A stretch of DNA of 39,517 nt, from contig NC_068989.1 in the NCBI RefSeq assembly GCF_001194135.2, forward strand, positions 20,931,744 to 20,971,260. Reading direction: 5' to 3'. The notes under the pieces were generated by a model, which was given only the letters and a program-made list of their open reading frames with translations, was not told the DNA's origin and searched no databases. Below are positions 35,300 through 39,517 of this stretch, piece after piece. Every line of letters begins with the position of its first letter. The stretch's first letter is position 1. Source of the stretch: Octopus bimaculoides. Lineage: Eukaryota. Position numbers and translations under genes: made by a program.

Positions 35300-36919
35300 N
35301 NNNNNNNNNNNNNNNNNNNNNNNNNNNNNNNNNNNNNNNNNNNNNNNNNNNACTTCAAAAGAAATTCACTCATAAAACTGCCCATGTCCGTTTTCATTTG
35401 ACGCCCACTTCAAAAGATCCCCTTTCCCCAAAACACATATTAAAAAAATATTTTCACTTATCCGGCCATTGATCGAGAGATAAAACACAAACCACCTCCT
35501 GCTGACTGCAAAACTCCCGCCAAATTAGCCGCAAAAAACACACACACGTCCATTTCATATGTCTTTCACTTTCTCTATGATTATACACACGTCCAATACA
35601 ATAGCTCTCACATACATTTTCGTCTTCAACAGGTATGTATCTATTCTATAATATAAATTATTTTCTATAAGCGCATAACAATTACCTATTCCACACATCT
35701 TCACTTAGCTTTTATCTTCACTTTTCTTTAATTGGATACGTCTGCTATTAATTCTAACATACAATTTCCCCGTTAATTCTGACAGCTTCATTTTCTGTTT
35801 AAGCAATTCTTAACGTCAACTTCTTAATGCTTCTTCTACTTTTTCCTAGTTACCATACTTACCGAGAACATCGATTAAAACTTTTTCTAATGCAATTCCC
35901 CTTTCTTCTGCCACTAACACAACCAGTTCCTTACACACCTTACAGGTTCTCATTCAAACTACATAATACGCAGAATTGTCTCATTAATACAATAGGGTGT
36001 TTTGAGGGAGATATGGCTGCTATTTCTACCAGGTCTACCTACCATGCAGAGGTCTGAACTTAAATTTTCATTCATAGATTTGCATTTCAAACATTTAACA
36101 TAATCTTTTCCATAAATAAACTATCGTAAAATTTTCTACTATGACCTAACATTTTCTATGTATGTGTGTGTACCTTAAAAGACGTGATTAGACAGAGGTC
36201 CAATAGAATAGTTCCCATAAACAGACTACCTAGAAATTCTTTCTTCACAACTCCTGAAGCTGTTTCCTGCAAAGATATTTTGGAAAGACTTCCGCCCTCC
36301 CAGCGTTGAGAAACACTGTTATAGATTATGCATAACCGAAACCGATCACAGCCACATCATCCAAACAGACCGGGTGAAACAGGGTTTAGATGCTAGTACA
36401 TAATATAAATATACAGTTGAAGGGAAAATAACAGCGCTATTCTTCTACAGATAGCATGTATTATAGAAGTGCTGTGTTTAAAACACAATTTATATCGTAA
36501 AGAGACAAAAATCATCTCTGCAGCGTGTAGCAAGTACGCCAGATTGGGGCGCCTATGCTTATGCCAACGAATATTGCTTGTTTCCAGTATATCATGTGCA
36601 CAAATGTCGTCTGCGTATGTGACTGGCAGTGAGCAAAGGCCATTGAGGTCGATACGTACGTATGTATGCATGTATGTAAGTATGCATGCCTGTATGTATT
36701 TACGGCCTCGTATTTATTAAGTGACTTTTTACCGGTTCGAATCAATTTATAGTTAGACATCATCGCACAACATACTGAAGCACATTATATTTGCATACAC
36801 CGTCAGAGGTCACATTCACGATGGGCAGTGGAGTGAACCATATCGTTATTTGTTTTCTGCGTCACTTGGGGTGATCGCCAACTCCTCCCTCATATCTATG
36901 ATTGGTAGTAATACATGAA

Positions 36920-36979
36920 CACACAAATGCAAACACACACACACGCACACACACACACACACACAAACACACACAGACA

Positions 36980-37023
<44 letters not shown>

Positions 37024-37035
37024 CACACACACACA
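36920..37035. repeat. (CA)n microsatellite
   Basis: Direct reading. Confidence 0.95.
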
Positions 37036-37225
37036 GGTAAATAAATAAATAGATGTAACTTTATACAGTAACACATATATGTTCCATTATGATATATTGT
37101 GGCATTAGAAAACAAGCGAAAATTAATTAAATTATTTTGCCTCAAGACTCATTCAAATATGTTTTTTTTAATAAAATACTTTTTCTTTCTTTCAGAATTC
37201 CGTCGACATTTTACCCATTCGTATC

Positions 37226-38715
37226 ATGGAAGGAATGAAATATATTTTAATAATTTCTCTATTAAAAACTTTTGTCCATGCAGAAGACCAGATAATTGAT
37301 ACTACCACTGGGAAGATTAATGGATCAACAGTTTTAGTTCAGAATGTTAAGCTTGATGTATTTCTTGGAATACCATTTGCGAAACCTCCCGTTGGTAATC
37401 TAAGATTTAGAAGACCTGAACAAATTGAACGGTGGAGTGGTATAAAAGAAACGAAGGAACATGTTTCGGCGTGTGCACAATTTGAAGATAATACGTTTAA
37501 TGATGTTCCAGGTGCAGATCTGTGGAAAATAAAAGCTAATATAAGCGAAGACTGTCTTTATTTAAATATTTGGACGCCAACAGAAGCACGGAAGTCCCGT
37601 TCAAATTTAACCACGATGATTTGGATATATGGAGGTGGATTTATATTTGGATCAAGCACGTTGGGCATATACGATGGAAAATGGTTAGCTGTCAGTCAAA
37701 ATATTATTGTTGCATCATTTAATTACAGATTAGGGCCCTTTGGTTTCCTTTCCTTAAATGACGAGCGTGCTCCAGGTAATATGGGACTGCTTGATCAAAA
37801 CCTCGCTATAAAGTGGATTCACGATAATATTGCATCATTCGGTGGAGACCCTGATAAACTGACACTGTTTGGAGAAAGTGCTGGTGCAGTATCTGTTAGT
37901 ATGCATGTTATTTCACCAATGTCTCGGAATCTTTTCAGGAATGCTATAATAATGAGTGGGACATCTAACGCTGACTGGGCAATTAAGACAAAAGAGGAAA
38001 ATATAAATAGAGCGAAAGAAATGGCTGCTTTCCTGAGATGTCCAACTGAGAACGATGAGCAGATGTTAAATTGCTTTCTAAATGCCAAAACTGAAAAACT
38101 ATCCCTGGGACAACTTCATAATTTAAAAGGATTCTTTGGAATTCCTTTTGCCCCCATTATCGATAACTATTTCTTACAAGCGAAGCCAAACAAAGCTCTA
38201 CAAAGTAAAGCAATTAAAAAAGATGTGTTAATAGGCTTTGTTAAAAATGAAGGCAGTCTTTTTCTTTTATCTGGTTTCCCCAAATATTTCACCACTAACA
38301 AAACTGTTCCAATAAACAATTCTCTCGCACATAAATTAATAAAAGAAGTGATTGAACCAGCACAAGTAAATTCTGTGCAGCTTGATTCCATCTTTTATGT
38401 TTATGGTTCTAATGTCTACTCCTCCTCTGAAACTGAAAAATACAGATACGTACTTGACCAAGTAGCTGGTGATACCATATTTAAATGTCCTGCTATTAAT
38501 TTTTCCCGGGAATGGAGTACCCATTCCAATGTTTACATGTATTCTTTTGAATATCGGTCAAATGATTCGCCCTGGCCGGAATGGATGGGTACCATACACG
38601 GAAATGATATATACTATGTGTTTTCGCAAGTGTTATATGGACAGAATTATTCATCAGAAGATAAAGGAGTGTCAGAAATGATGTCAAGTTATTTTGCAAA
38701 CTTTTCTAAATCAAG
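37226..38715 (+). CDS. cholinesterase-family (acetylcholinesterase-like) carboxylesterase, first coding exon; partial, C-terminal exon(s) outside the window
   Basis: Open frame of ~497 codons; signal peptide MKYILIISLLKTFVHA; GIPFAKPPVGNLRF; SEDCLYLNIW; WIYGGGF; FGESAG (S218); NEG (E342); WMGTIHG (H458); W100 (choline site); Cys pairs equivalent to Torpedo 67-94 and 254-265, plus C402. Acceptor TTTCTTTCAG ends at 37195 and donor AG|GTAAG follows 38715. The in-frame TAA at 38717 is intronic. Confidence 0.93.
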
Positions 38716-39182
38716 GTAAGATTGACTTGTATACGACATTTTGGTTTTGCTATTCTCGCCTTTATCTTGTCTCTTGTAATCTCTATATATCAAGAGAGGT
38801 TAATATGTTTATAACTCACACACATGCACAAACGTCATTCCGAAAATTTGCTTCTTGCGGGACAGTACCATGAATATTTAGTACCAGCTGCTGCTGTTGC
38901 TACTGCTGCTAAAGATGACATTGTCTTTCACGATGGCCAGCTGTTCCTTTCAGTGGACGAACAACTCTTGTTCGCCATCTTCCTACTTTTTGAGCAAAAA
39001 TCTGATGGGTACTTAGCCTAAACAAACTACAAAATAGCTCCAAAGGGTTACAGATGGAAAAGAACTAATCAATTCCCCTAGATCCTGGCTAGTTTATATA
39101 TGTAACAATAACAAATTTAATTTGTATAAATGTTTGTAACAAACTGAATAAGAACACACTCCGGGAGTAACGTGTCGATTAA

Positions 39183-39290
<108 letters not shown>

Positions 39291-39292
39291 AC

Positions 39293-39477
39293 ACCAGGAC
39301 TTACAAATATATATAACATACAGAAAATTGCACTACTGGGCACTGCGCACATCCTACGCAAAACACTTTTAATACAGTAACCATAAGAGCATCACAGCAA
39401 ACCACAGCACATACCCAAGGCACACAGAGCTGTGCTCGGTAGTGAAGTGAAAGCACGTTATAAAAATAAAACTACTG
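39293..39477 (+). mobile_element. R4/Dong-like LINE 3' end in (AAT)n, intronic
   Basis: PGLTNIYNIQKIALLGTAHILRKTLLIQ*, then the 3' UTR shared with 7950-8115 and 16269-16383, then (AAT/AAC)n. Confidence 0.85.
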
Positions 39478-39517
39478 AACAATAATAATAATAACAATAA
39501 TAATAATAATAATAATA

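Noticed and set aside
37819-38699. Short overlapping and antisense ORFs within the cholinesterase exon
   Set aside because: They are shadows of the real reading frame.
38824-39021. ORF as the next cholinesterase exon
   Set aside because: No NPN/WPxY-like sequence or expected cysteine in any frame after a plausible acceptor.

Overview
AT-rich, microsatellite-dense eukaryotic genomic DNA with nine N gaps. The SINE families and repeat make-up point to an octopus (coleoid cephalopod) draft assembly; this is inference from recalled repeat sequences, not a database search. The only host gene is a cholinesterase-family gene whose 1.5-kb coding exon (37226-38715, +) encodes a signal peptide and an intact Ser-Glu-His triad; its C-terminal exon(s) lie beyond the window. 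The other ~36 kb is a transposon graveyard: tRNA-derived SINEs, a CR1-like LINE, several R4/Dong-like RLE LINE fragments nested in (AAT)n arrays, Penelope-like RT fragments, mariner, Tc1, maT-like and hAT-like DNA transposon relics, a probable LTR and a ~3.5-kb imperfect inverted repeat. Most notable: (1) the cholinesterase has lost six of the 14 gorge aromatics, in a butyrylcholinesterase-like pattern; (2) a type I hammerhead ribozyme with an intact core at 5382-5481, plus two degenerate ones; (3) a ~560-bp non-coding element with fixed ends found four times, always co-oriented in (AAT)n arrays with R4/Dong LINEs; (4) the large foldback at 11123-14679; (5) a CR1 3' UTR that matches the local SINE tail. 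All alignments and identities were done by eye, and repeat boundaries are approximate.
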